Below, in pieces: positions 42,701 through 56,400 of a DNA stretch of 64,000 bases. Under the pieces are notes generated by a model. That model did no database searches and was not told the DNA's origin. It was given only the letters and a program-made list of their open reading frames with translations. Origin of the DNA: Eledone cirrhosa. Its lineage: Eukaryota. The DNA is taken from assembly GCA_964016885.1 (NCBI GenBank), contig OZ024746.1:4712001-4776000 (forward strand), read 5' to 3'. The number at the start of each line of letters is the position of its first letter. Position 1 is the stretch's first letter. The translations under genes were made by a program, and so were the position numbers.

Positions 42701-45700
42701 CAATAACAGACTACAGACTGTTTACGAAGATCAAAGGAGCAACTATCAGCCCGTTGGTTGCTATCTTGTGGACCATTTGGACAATAACATGGTTGACAAG
42801 CAATACTTCCAGTAACACGGGGATCCTGATAATAGCCGTTACTACATCTGGAAATAGAAATATATTAGTGCAATATTATAAGATGTGCCAGCTTCAGCAT
42901 TCGGTAATCAGAAGAGGGGAGGTAGGTGTAAAAGCCAAACTCTTCAATTTGGTTTTCGTGCCAACCCTTACCTATAGTTATGAATCTGCGGTATTGGTCA
43001 AAAGAATGTGATCGTGAATACAAGCGGCCAAAATGGGATTCCTCTGAAGGGTCTTTGGAGTAATGTTATTCGATAGAGTGCTTAGCTTGGAGATCAGAGA
43101 GTCGCTACATGTAGAGCTGCTACTTCTCCGAATTGAGTGATCACATCTCCGATATTATGGGCATGTGGTTAGAATGTCTCAGGAAAGAATCACTGGACAG
43201 ATTTTACAGGTAAAACCAAGTAGCAGGAGACCCAATGGTAGACCCTGAGCAAGATGGTTGGATAACATCCATGAGCTTGGTCACGCTTGTGGATCCAGCC
43301 AGATCAGGTGGAGACAGATGCTTTTGATATGACCTACTGGAAGGAGTGTTTGAGGACTCTACCCACACGACCCTCTCAGGAATAAGTGGACAAAGAAGAA
43401 CAACAACAGCAACAAAAGAAGTGCCACTACTACTTCAGAAGAATACTTTGTATTTTAATTAATTAATGAAGAATTTAGGAAAGATTTACTAAAATTACAA
43501 AGTCCTGAAAATGATATTTGTAACATAATGAAATGTTATAAAACTATGTTAGAAGGTCTTAATTTAGGCAGGAATCCTTTAAAATGAGTGGTTTTCTTTC
43601 CTAGAAACAAAGACAGTTTTGGGTGGGTTGGTATCAAAAGTATTAAGAAAATTCAATTAGTAAGGTCTGTCTTTATAAATTTATATATTTGCACATCCAA
43701 CCATAAAAACATTAACAATAGATATTTCCCAGTATAGGAAGCCAGTTTAGGTATCACATACTAGACTATATGTTACTTATTTTAACAGTTAGGCAAATTA
43801 AAACTGCCAATGATAACACCTCAATATGACTGCTTGTTCTTCTAGAAATAGCAGTTGAATATCCCTCACGTCAGACCTTATCATCTTCAAGAAGGATACA
43901 GTGATTAATTTGATCCTAGGTATACGGTGCCTAAGAAAAAGACATGTTGGAATGGATCCTAACTCTGCTCAATTAAGGTAGACATGAGGCTGAAGAACAA
44001 AATTTAAATGCCTATATCAGATATGAAATGTTGATCCATATAAATTCATCCTGTCAGCTATTTAGAACTTTTTAATTTGGTATTAACTAAAGAAAAAAAG
44101 AAATATTTCATGTTGACTCTTTAGCATTTACATTATTCTATATTTACAATATTTTTATGGTAAAGGCTTTACATAATTATCTCATGTAATATTGAATCTA
44201 TGAGATTTTGATATTATTTATTTTGAGAACAATACCTTCACATCAGTATGAGTGGCCAGCTACAGCCGGTTTGAACAGAAATAGGTGAGAAAATTCTGGC
44301 TGGATATGGCCAGTTTAAATGCTAAAGGGTTAAACCTTGAAATTCTTGTTTCAAATCTAGAACTCTAAGTTGACCTACCTGTCACAATACTGCCCACTGG
44401 TAAAATCTCGGCAATTAATACAGTGTCCATCGTCATTGTTACAAGTATCTGCCATACCATTACATTGACACTTTCGACAATTAGGGAAGTTCCAGTAACC
44501 TTCAGCACATATGTCACAAGTGCGGCCCTCAACATTTGGGGCACATAGACAATGGCCTGACTGAGGGTTACAAAAGTTGTTCCTTGACCCTTGCGGATCA
44601 CAGTTACAAGCTGAAAAAACAAGAAATTAAGAGGTCATTTGATTTCAGCAATAAATAGTATAATTATATTCACTGATAATAGAATATGTTGCTAACATCA
44701 TCACAGGTATTTGACCTCAGAAGTATGAAAGATTAAGTGTACCTGAGCAACATTTAATGTCCAGATAGAAGGACCATACTTTGTCTGATATTAACAATTC
44801 TGCCAACCACTACCCATAAAACTACACTACGTATTTCTACCAAGGATTTCAGTTCATAATTATTAGAGTTATTTCCCATACTTGTAGTTTTTTTTAGGAT
44901 AATTTCAGTTAATGTTTTTCAGTTCACTATATTACATTTCTGAGGCCCTCATGCACAAAGTGCAACTTGTTAGAATTCAATTTACGAGAATTCTTTGTAA
45001 TATTAAAAAAAAAAAAAATCATTAAAAAACCGTTTAATTCTGAATAAGAGAAAATTAGAAATAAACATTGAAAAAAAAAAAACTGGACGCAGCTGGTTTC
45101 CCATCACCACTGGAACCAGCAGGCCTTGACCATGGAGATGGCAAGTATTCCAATGGAATCACCCTCTTCCCATTCGAAGGAGGTAGATCCCTCATCTGGG
45201 ACACCACCAGTTGCGAAATGTTGTCTGCCCCCAATTTAGTTGCTTCGGCCACCTTGCAGAGGCCACTGTCAAGACGTCAGGTATACTTGGAGCCTGTACA
45301 GTCAAGCTCCTCCACAAGATCGGAACGTCGGCAACCCACCGCATCCTAGGCCCAAACCCTAATCAGCCTTCACTTTCCCCCCTCCACTAAAATTCTTGCC
45401 ATTTTCTCCCCTTCACGTTTTTTTCTTTTTCTCTTTTTTCTCTATATTTTCCTATTTTATATTCCATTCCTCTCAATCTAAACTTTCTTCTTTATTTTTT
45501 TTATTTTTCTATTAAATTGTATTTTCATGATATATTCCATAAATTATTACCTTAGGGAAGATAAAAAGGGAGGTAATACAGAGTTTAAGGGAGGTAAGTT
45601 GTAGTATATTATGGCGGATGAGAAAAGAGATAATGAAGAGTTTAAGGGAGGTAAGTTGTTACATATGAACGGTAAAGAAAATAATTCTACACTTACGTGA

Positions 45701-48700
45701 ACAACCAGAAGGTCCGAAGTTGTAGGTTCCAGGAGCACATTGGTCACATTTACGACCAACAACGTTTTCTTTACAGTGACAATGACCACCAAGGTCATCA
45801 CATTCAGCATTCATAGATCCAGTAAGGTCGCAATTACATTCTAAAAAACAATTTAAAACAGAATTAGGGTACATTGGACATTATTGAAAAAAAAGGTTGT
45901 CATGGCTTAAATGTCTCTAATCATAATTCTGTTTGCTAGAAGTTGACATGGGGTTAAACAACAACCGATCATACAGTTTCTCTTATGGCACTAAATCTTA
46001 CTAACTCTAAATGAAATATTAATGAGGAACTATATGATAATAGAAAGATGTTTTTAAAAAGGTCATAAATATTTTAGTTGTGACATTAGATAATAGTTTC
46101 TGATTTAGGCACAAAGCCAGTAATTTTGGGGGAGGGGATGTCGATAAAATAAAGTACCAGTGTATTACTGGTACTTTATTTTATCAGCTTCATAAGGCTG
46201 AAAGGCAAAGCTAACCTCTAAACAAATGACTAATATAATTGTTTCTACTTTTGGCACAAGGCCAGCAATTATCCCAGTGTATTACTGGTACTTTATTTAT
46301 CGACTCTGTAAGGATGAAAGGCTAAGTTAACTGCGGCGGGATTTGAACTCAGACCATAAAGGGCCGTAACTCTATGCTGCAAAGCATGGCGTCTGACCAA
46401 TCCACCGCCCAAATGAAGTGTGTTTACTTAATTTTGAAATAAAACAAATGTTTGTTTTATTTCATTGATTTCAGATTTAGGCACAAGGCCAGCAATTTGG
46501 GGGCAAGGGAAAGTCGATTAAATTGACCCCAGTGCTTTACTGGTACTTTATTTTATCAACCTCGTAAGGATGAAAGGCAAAGTTCACTTTGGCAGGATTT
46601 GAACTTAGAATGTAAAGGGTCGTAACTTTATGCCGCGAAGCATGGTGTCCAATGCTCTACCGATAACTACCGATCCACCGCCCTTGTCACATTAGATAAT
46701 AAGATTGTGTTGTAATGAGAGTTATTGGAAAGTATACATACTTATAGCCTGAAGATGTAAAACTGATGAAATACTGAAGAAGAGTGATTTACAGATCTCA
46801 GGAATTTCAGGAGTATTTGCAGAATATTGGGTTTCAGCACAACGGTACCGAATGTATTCATTCTTCAAGTAAGACGGTAGCTGGGGGCCTTGGAAGATGG
46901 GAATGCTGTTTGTGCTGGGGATGAGTACTACCTAGATAAAAATATGTAAAGCTCCAGTAATGTTGTTCTTTTTTTATACAAAGACAACAAAGAGATGTAA
47001 ATACAATACAAAATAAATATATAAAATGATTTGTGATATATATATATATATCATCATTATTTGTATGCATGTGTGTGTGGAAGAGAATGTTTTGACTGAG
47101 CAGTCTTTTTAGGGGTTGAACACATTATTTGTCACTTTACAGCCCTTGCGAGGCAATAACAAGATCATCATCATCATCGTTTAACATCCATTTTTCCACA
47201 CTAGGGTGGATTAGATGAGTTGTCCCATTGTGAGACACAGGTGATCATGTCTTGCTCATACACAACTGTTTCTGGCTTGGTTTTTACACCTGGATGCATT
47301 CCTTAATACCAACCACATTTACAGTATGGACTGGGTATTTTTTATCGTGGCATGGGCTGGGTTCCTTTTGCTGTACCTTCAACACAACCACTTTACAGGG
47401 CAGGCTGAGAGCTTCTTGTCATGGCTCCAAAACAACCACTTTTCAGTATGGGCTGGACGCTTTTGTCAATCTACTAAGTTAGCTAAGATCCAAATAAGCA
47501 GAGACATTAAAAATATGAAATATTAAATCCCAATAATAAATCTTCATCATTTCATTAAAGATAAAACTACCAAAGGTAAAATAAAATAGTTTGGAAAATG
47601 TTGCATGTTAATGGTTCTCAATAAAATATGTTTGCTGTTACTTTCATTAATGTTCTGTCAATTGGTTCTTGTATTCTCCTGATTATTTTACTAAAAACAT
47701 AATTGTTTCTACTTTTTTGGCACAAGGCCAGCAATTACCCCAGTGCATCACTGGTACTTTATTTAATCGACTCCATAAGGATGAAAGGCAAAGTTAACCT
47801 CGGCGGGATTTGAATTCAGATCGTAAAGGGCCGTAACTCTATGCTGCAAAGCATGGCGTCCAACCCTCTACCGATACTGCCAATCCGACCCTCTTTTACT
47901 AAAAACATAATAAAACCTAAACAGACTTTACCTAAAGAGAGAGAGGGTAGGAATATAAAAAGAAAGGTACCACTTACTGAATCAATAAGAGCTGATGCTC
48001 GGAGTGTTGTTTGTCCACTTCTGTACCGGTTGAATATCAACTTAATGGTGTAGGTAACTCCTTTCTCAAGACATGATGGAGGACGGACAACGGTATATTG
48101 TGAATCTATAAAACAGATATTTTATATTAAGCTCAGCAGTGAAAACAGTTTAAGTATCAAGTGTAAAGTACTGAAGACATTACATCTTGTTATTAACATA
48201 GAGTGATTCATGGAGGAGTACATGAAGGCATTAAAAACATGTTTATATACAATAAGCATGTATGTCTTGTTATGATCATGTCACAGCTATCTCAGGAGCC
48301 ATGTGAGAACACTAGACGTTTCAGGATCTTTATCCATCATCAGCAACATGGTATTGAAACAAGAATAAATCTCAGAACCGAGTCAATGTCACTAGAAATA
48401 TGGTTAATCCTTTAGAATCTACATTACTCTATATTTACTATCATATTTTCACAGTAAAGTCTTTATCTCACATAATATCGAATCTATGAGATTTTTATAT
48501 TATTTATTTTGAGAACAATACTTTAACATCAGTATGATTGACCATTTACAGCTGGTTTGAACAAAGAGAGGTGAGAGAATTCTGGCCGGATATGGCCAGT
48601 TTAAATGCTAAAGGGTTAATGAAAGAATTTAAATAGTTATGATAGTAAAGCTGGCGATGGAGAAATAAAGTGAAGAGATTTACCAGGAGTCATTGTTGTT

Positions 48701-50356
48701 GATTTGTAGTCATTCTGAGGAATAGTATTGGCACAAGGACCTGATTGATTTACTGGTCCAGGTCGATCAATTACAACACGGATATCTTCCCACATCTCTG
48801 GCATCTGGCAATAGAAGAGACAACATTACAAAAGGAAAATAACAATATATTATGAGTACTAGCAGAAAAACCACCCCACGAGTGGTTTTTCTGCTAGTAT
48901 ATGTAGTGTGCGTATTGATATTATACGCAGGTATATATACATGTAGATACGATACACCAAATAAAATCGTAATTGATAATATCCACAGAAATTGAACGAA
49001 GACTGCGTTACACTGTCTTATGTAATCAGTAACGTAATCCATGATACATTAAAAAAAGACAATATTATATATAAACTGCATTAGGAGAAAATTAGTGACG
49101 GAAATATATAAATGTTTATTTAAGCGATCGCTAACCGGAAGTGTTGACATTTGAACATTTTAAAGAAGTGAATCTTAAAATAAGTAACAAAATTATTTAT
49201 ATTTAATCAAGAATAACGAAAATTAGTAGATAAATTATGTAATATTCATTCATTATTTATTCAAAGTAATCCAACTTATTTTACAAACGGGATAAAAAAA
49301 TTTATTCTGGGCGCAGTCCTGCACTCCTTACTTTATTATAGTTTAGATTTTCTCATACTGACACGAGGAAGTTCTTTGAAATCCAAGATAATGAAGCTGC
49401 GTCTATATACAATAAACCTTAAAGCTATCAAATCTATAAAGGTGTCAGATTCTGGGGAGATGTGTGAAATGTTTGTGATAAAAAAGAATGAATATTGAAT
49501 AAAATCTTAACTGATCCTCCTGTATTTTCAGCCCCCCCCCCCCTCGTACGTACAATCATGTCTGTACCTAATACAATATACAGCAGCACTGATCTATTAA
49601 TACATATACAATAACCCCCACCCCTCACCCCTGCCTTTGGTACACCTATTATGTTAATTAAGATAGACAAACAAATCTACATACCTCTGGTTTGTATCGA
49701 ATGACAATATCATAGTCCATGGAAGCTGTTAAATTGGTGACAGTGAAGTCAATAGTATCACCTTCCAATACCTTCATATACCCTGATCCAGTGAAGCTAA
49801 TGGGTTGGTCGGGATCAGGTTCCCGGATCACAACATGAGCATTCTGAAATTAATCAACAATGTAATCAATGAATATAAACAATTAAAAACAATAAACAAA
49901 ACATTATAACTTAAAAAAGTGATATCTTCACGTAAAGACACTGAATTAGCAGAACCATTACACCATCAGATAAAATGGCTTGTGGTATATATCGTCATCA
50001 TCACCGTTATATATATATATATATTAATGTTGATTTGGTAATCAATATTAATATTATTGGGCACCCACTGAAGAATTATAAGAGCCCACTTGTATAAGTA
50101 TCTGTTGATCTTATACAAGCTTCTACATAATTTGGTATAATTTCACCCAACTTGTAGAAATCTTATAATGAAACGATTCGTCTGGGAAATGAGATATTTG
50201 ATATATCTCATATGAAATGATACAGCCAATTATCCACACAATACAATTAGTTAGCACCCCGAACGTTTAATTAGGAATATACTCAGATATTTGCTAATGT
50301 TTGTTGAGTGAGTTGGAATTTGGCCGGAGTATCGCTATTAGCTTTCTCCGTTTATG

Positions 50357-50415
<59 letters not shown>

Positions 50416-53400
50416 GTTTGTGTATGTATGTATATATATATTGGGTTTTCATCGTTCAAGTGTACATAGAATAATTGTTTCTACTTTTGGCACAAAGCCA
50501 GCAATTACCCCAGTGCATTACTGGTACTTTATTTTATCGACCAAAGTTAACCTCGGCGCTATTTGAACTCAGATAATAAAGGGCCGTAACTCTATGCTGT
50601 AAAGCATGGCATCCGACCCTCTACCGATACTGCCAATCCGTACATAGAATAATGTACAAATTTAAGGAAAGTGAACAATGCATGAGTCATGATATACACT
50701 CACAGACACTCACACACACACACACGTGTGCGTGTGTATGGAAGGGGAATATCAGGAGTAGTGTTGACGAATTTCGGGAAGCATGGAAGTAGTTTTTTTT
50801 ATCGAATATAATTTAAACCCAGAAACTTAATATGAACAAAAGGATAAAAAGTCTTACCCCTAAACCATGGCTAAATTCTGCCTCAAAACGCAATATATCG
50901 AGAGATGGGGTGAAAAATAGAGGTACTGGTCTATCACACTTCCTGCCATAAATGTTAGGACGACACTTGCACTGGCCAGTTGCTTGGTCACAAGACTCAC
51001 TGTAGGCACCACCAATATCACAGTCACAAGGCTTACATCCATTTATATCATTGCTTAAGCCCCAATATCCTGGCTGAAAATAAGAAAAGAAAAACGAAAT
51101 CACAATCATTTAATATTCATCATTATTTTCAAATATTATAAATATATCAATAACATCAATTATACAGACTATATATATATATCGCACGCCATCTCACAGT
51201 CTGTGACCTACTCCAGTGCCACGGAACACCCGCCCATCGCCTTACGGTCAAACAACGCACTATCTTCATCTTACAGACCCACACTCCCCCCGGCCTGAAC
51301 TCCCCACCCTTATTCCTTTAGCGTTCGACCGCCCCCTCCCCCCACACTTATCCCCCACTAACACCACTAACACACCCCTCCTTTTCACCGCCCACCCCAC
51401 ACTAACAATACTAACACCTCCACTCCACCCCTCATCTGACCACCCTTCCCCAACTAACATACTAACATCCCTTCCCTCCCCCCTCCTTATCACACGCACA
51501 CACTTACACCACCCACCCCACACGCAACTAAAATCACTAACACCCCCCAACCCCACGCACACGTACCCACCACCCTCGTTCACCACCAACTCTACACACC
51601 CTACCACCACTAACCCCCACTCACACCTGCATTCCACCCCTCCCCACCTCCCGTATACTAACACCCACTAACACCTCTTCACCAAACTACACACACACCA
51701 GTACACCACACTCCCTCCATAGAACCACACACACCCTTCTCTCCCCGCTCCACACTCACTTATCCCACTAACACCCCTACTAATACACACACACACACAC
51801 CCTCCTCACTCCAACTCTCACACCTACCCATCCTCGCCTCCCTACCATTCCGCCGACTGCTGCTATGCCCTTCCGACCACCTCTCAGCACCAACTGACCA
51901 CAGCACTCCCACTGCTGACCACTTCCTGTTGCGCGCACACCCCACATCTCTCCTCTTCCGACCACCGCTTCTTGGATTACCCACACGCGAAATTGACTTC
52001 TAACCATATCTCCAAACATCCGTGGAACTTACCAACTTTTCAACCATCCTCTTACACCATCACCTATATAACTCACCCCCACACACACCCCCCAAAAAAT
52101 TTTTTTTATCCACAATCCACCCACACCCACAACACGCTTAAACCACACACACGTGCTTCCCACCACATATTTACACCCTCAGCCTCCTGATTCCTCTCCC
52201 CCCACCCCCCTATCCACACACGCACAGACACTCCGACCCACAAAAACACCCCCCACACACACCTTCCTGAACATGCAACCCCGTTCTTCCCCCAACCCTC
52301 ACTTTCACATACACACACACACACGCACACCTAACCACACACACCACCTTCAGCCCTCCCCGCTCGGACACCCCGTCTCCCTCTCCCCACTCCACCCGCC
52401 TCCACCTCTACTCACCCCACACCCTTCCACCACCTGTTTACCCCCCTTTTAATTTCAGTTTATTTTGATCATGCCTTTATTTTTAAATTTTCTCATTCCT
52501 TGTATTTTGATCATGCTTCATTTTTATTTATTATATTTTTTATCTTTATTTGTTAATTTTTCATTCGCACTGTTTCCTTTCGCTATATGTCTCTCCACCA
52601 CTCCCCTACACACCTTCTGAACTCTGTTCCCACACACTTCTCACCTGAAGAAGGGCTTATGCCCGAAACGTCGTCCCCCACCTACCCCCCACTCTCCTGA
52701 GCGTGAATTTAATAAACATTTATTGTACTGCCTCTCTGTTCTGTCCCTGTTCAATTTTTCATTATATATATATATATACATACATACACACACACATATA
52801 TATATATATACAGATGTTATGTGAATAGTTGTCCATTAGATATAAAAAGATCACTTACGAAACATTGGTCACACTGTTTTCCTGTGACATAACGTTTGCA
52901 GAAACAATCTCCAGAGTTCTTGTCACAACTGTTGCCAGTACTGGTACCAACAGCATTGCATACACACGCTAGTAAAGGAACAAATGTTACGTCAGCAAAC
53001 AATTACTAACACACCCTCCCACTATATACACATACGTCAGAGCACAAACACAAAGTACAGTGCAGAAAACACATATATAACACATATACATACTTTTAAT
53101 GTATTAAAGAACCCACTCCACACTGGGAGTGCTGGTGACACAACAAAAAGCACCCAGTCTACCCTGTAGGTGGTTGTGCTGGTGACACAACAAAAAGCAC
53201 CCAGTCTACCCTGTAGATGGCCGTGCTAGTGACACAACAAAAAGCACCCAGTCTACCCTGTAGATGGTCGTGCTGGTGACACAACAAAAAGCACCCAATC
53301 TACCCTGTAGATGGTCGTGCTAGTGACACAACAAAAAGCACCCAGTCTACCCTGTAGATGGTCGTGCTGGTGACACAACAAAAAGCACCCAATCTACCCT

Positions 53401-56400
53401 GTAGATGGTCGTGCTAGTGACACAACAAAAAATAACCAGTCTACCCTGTAGATGGTTGTGCTGGTGCCACCATGAAAAAGCTTCCACTCCACTCTGTAGG
53501 TGGTCATGTTGGTGACACAACAAAAAGCACCCAGTCTACCCTGTAGATGGTCATGCTGGTGACACAACAAAAAGCACCCAGTCTACCCTGTAGATGGTCG
53601 TGTTGGTGACACAACAAAAAGAACCCAGTCTACCCTGTAGATGGTCGTGTTGGTGACACAACAAAAAGAACCCAGTCTACCCTGTAGATGGTTATGCTGG
53701 TACCACCATGAAAAAGCACTCAGCAAAATAGAGGACAAGGAAGACCTGGGCAGAGGTTGTGCGGACCTCTAGTCGCTAAGACTGGCAGAGGAGATTACAA
53801 AGGAATGTGACAAGTGGAGAGGTGTCATGCTGAGAAGGACCCATCCAACCCATGCAAGCATGGAAAAGCAAACGTAAATTCGCTGATGATATGAGCCAAA
53901 CACTATACTTGCTAAAATATGAACCTTCTCAAAGCTAGATACACTCAACTGAAAATTATTTCTTCCAACAACAGTTTTAACAGTTTGAAGTTGTAAAAGT
54001 AATAATAGATCCTCCAGCTGTTTTAACGAGTATTCCAACATTCAATCAATTAACCCTTTAGTTACCTACCCAGCCAACACCAGCTCTGGTTCAATGAAAT
54101 AAAACCACACATATGTATATCTTCCAATATAATTTTATATAAGAACTTTACATTAAGTTACTATCTTATTAATGAAATCATCATCATCATCATTTCATTG
54201 TACGTCCACTTTTCCCTGCTTTTCCCTGGTGGGACGGGAACTGATTCTGGCTTGATTTCTACAGCTGGATGCCCTTCCTAACACCAACCTCATTTACAGT
54301 GAGTGCTGGGTTCTTTTTTGCCGTGGCACCTCCACGACCACTTAATTAATAATTTTAGTAAATTCCTCGAAATTCTTCATTAATTAATTAGAATAGAGTG
54401 TATTTCATTAGAAATGTTGTCATGGAAGGATTAAACATCCGTGGCTCAATCTAAGATCATGGTAAAGGTTCTTGCCCAAGATGCTAGACAGTGGAATTGT
54501 GAAGCAAACTTCTCAACCAGTTGTAAAAAATGCACAACCCATGATAAAAATCAAAAATAAAAAGTCAACATAAAGTATTAGTAAAAAGATAACATCAACT
54601 GTCTACCTTCACATCCATATGTATTGTCAGTCTGTAAATTCCAGTAACCATTAGCACAGGTATCACAACGGTTTCCTGATACATAGCGCTTACATTCACA
54701 TTTTCCAGCTTGATAACGTCCATCAAGACTTGTATGACCATGACACTCACCACCCTTCTTAGAACCAGAAGGATCACAATCACAATCTGAAAATTATAAA
54801 GAGAAAGTATATTTTTATTTATAGTAAGGTTTGTATTGCATACAATTTACAAATAAGTTATTAAAACCAAAACACATAAATACATAAATAATATCAAATG
54901 TGAAAGATTTCTTTCAGTGTACTATATTTCATTTAAACCACAACCAGGGACAACTTTGACTTTCTTCTTCTTTGCCCACTTATTCCTGGGAGGGTCATGA
55001 TGGCAGAGTCCTCAAACACTCCTTCAAGCAGGTCTAGTCAGAAGCAACTTTCTCCAACTGATCTGGCTGGGTCCCCAAGCAAGATCAACCAAGTTAATGG
55101 ATGTTATCCAACCATCTTGCTTGGGTCTACCTCTGGATTTCCTGCCAGTTATTTTTGCCCATAAAATCTGTCCAGCAATTCTTTCCTGAGACATTCTACT
55201 CACATGTCCATAGAATCGGAGCTGAGATCCCTCAATTCGGAGAAGTAGTGGTTCAACCTGATATTAAAAGCCAAAATATTGAAGAAATATACTTTGAGCT
55301 GAATAAATATATTTTTCTCTATAATCAGCAATGTGGTTGGTTGTTATAATTATTTCTCTTTAATAACATTTTAATACAAATACTCCATATAAATTACTAA
55401 ATATTACTTTTGAAGATATGTTTAGTTACAAGGACATAGTAGACAAATCTCATACTTACGTCGGCAAACATCATAATCAGTGATAAGCCTGTTGGGATCT
55501 TTGTAGAAAAATGGTTTGCAGAACTGGCAGTTACGTCCCATGGTATTGTGAGTACAATTATCACAGACGCCACCACTAACACGACCAGTTAATTCATAAA
55601 CAGCAGGGTCAAAATGGCAATGGGTTGCATGGTTGTTACAATTACACTCTATAGAAAAGTAAAAATCATGAAAATAATACAAAAAATGTGTGATAGCATG
55701 TAATGTATGCATGATAGCATGTAATGTGTGACAGCATGTAACGTATGATAGCATGTAATGTGTGAGTCATAGCATGTAATGTGTGAGTGACAGCATGTAA
55801 TGTGTAAGTAACAGCATGTAATGTGTGATAGCATGTAGTGTGTGGTAGCATGTAATGTGTGATGGCATGTAATGTGTGGTAGCATGTAATGTGTGATAAC
55901 ATGTAATGTGTGATAACATGTAATGTGTGATGGCATGTAATGTGTATGGCATGTAATGTGTATGGCATGTAGTGTGTGATAGCATGTAATGTGTGATAGC
56001 ATGTAGTGTGTGATAGCATGTAATGTGTGATAGCATGTAGTGTGTGATAGCATGTAATGTGTGATAGCATGTAATGTGTGATAGCATGTAGTGTGTGATA
56101 GCATGTAATGTGTGATAGCATGTAATGTGTGATAGCATGTAGTGTGTGATAGCATGTAATGTGTGATAGCATGTAATGTGTGATGGCATGTAATGTGTGA
56201 TAGCATGTAATGTGTGATGGCATGTAATGTGTGATGGCATGTAATGTGTGATAGCATGTAATGTGTGATAGCATGTAATGTGTGATGGCATGTAATGTGT
56301 GATGGCATGTAATGTGTGATAGCATGTAATGTGTGATAGCATGTAATGTGTGATAGCATGAAGTGTGTGATAGCATGTAATGTGTGATAGCATGTAATGT

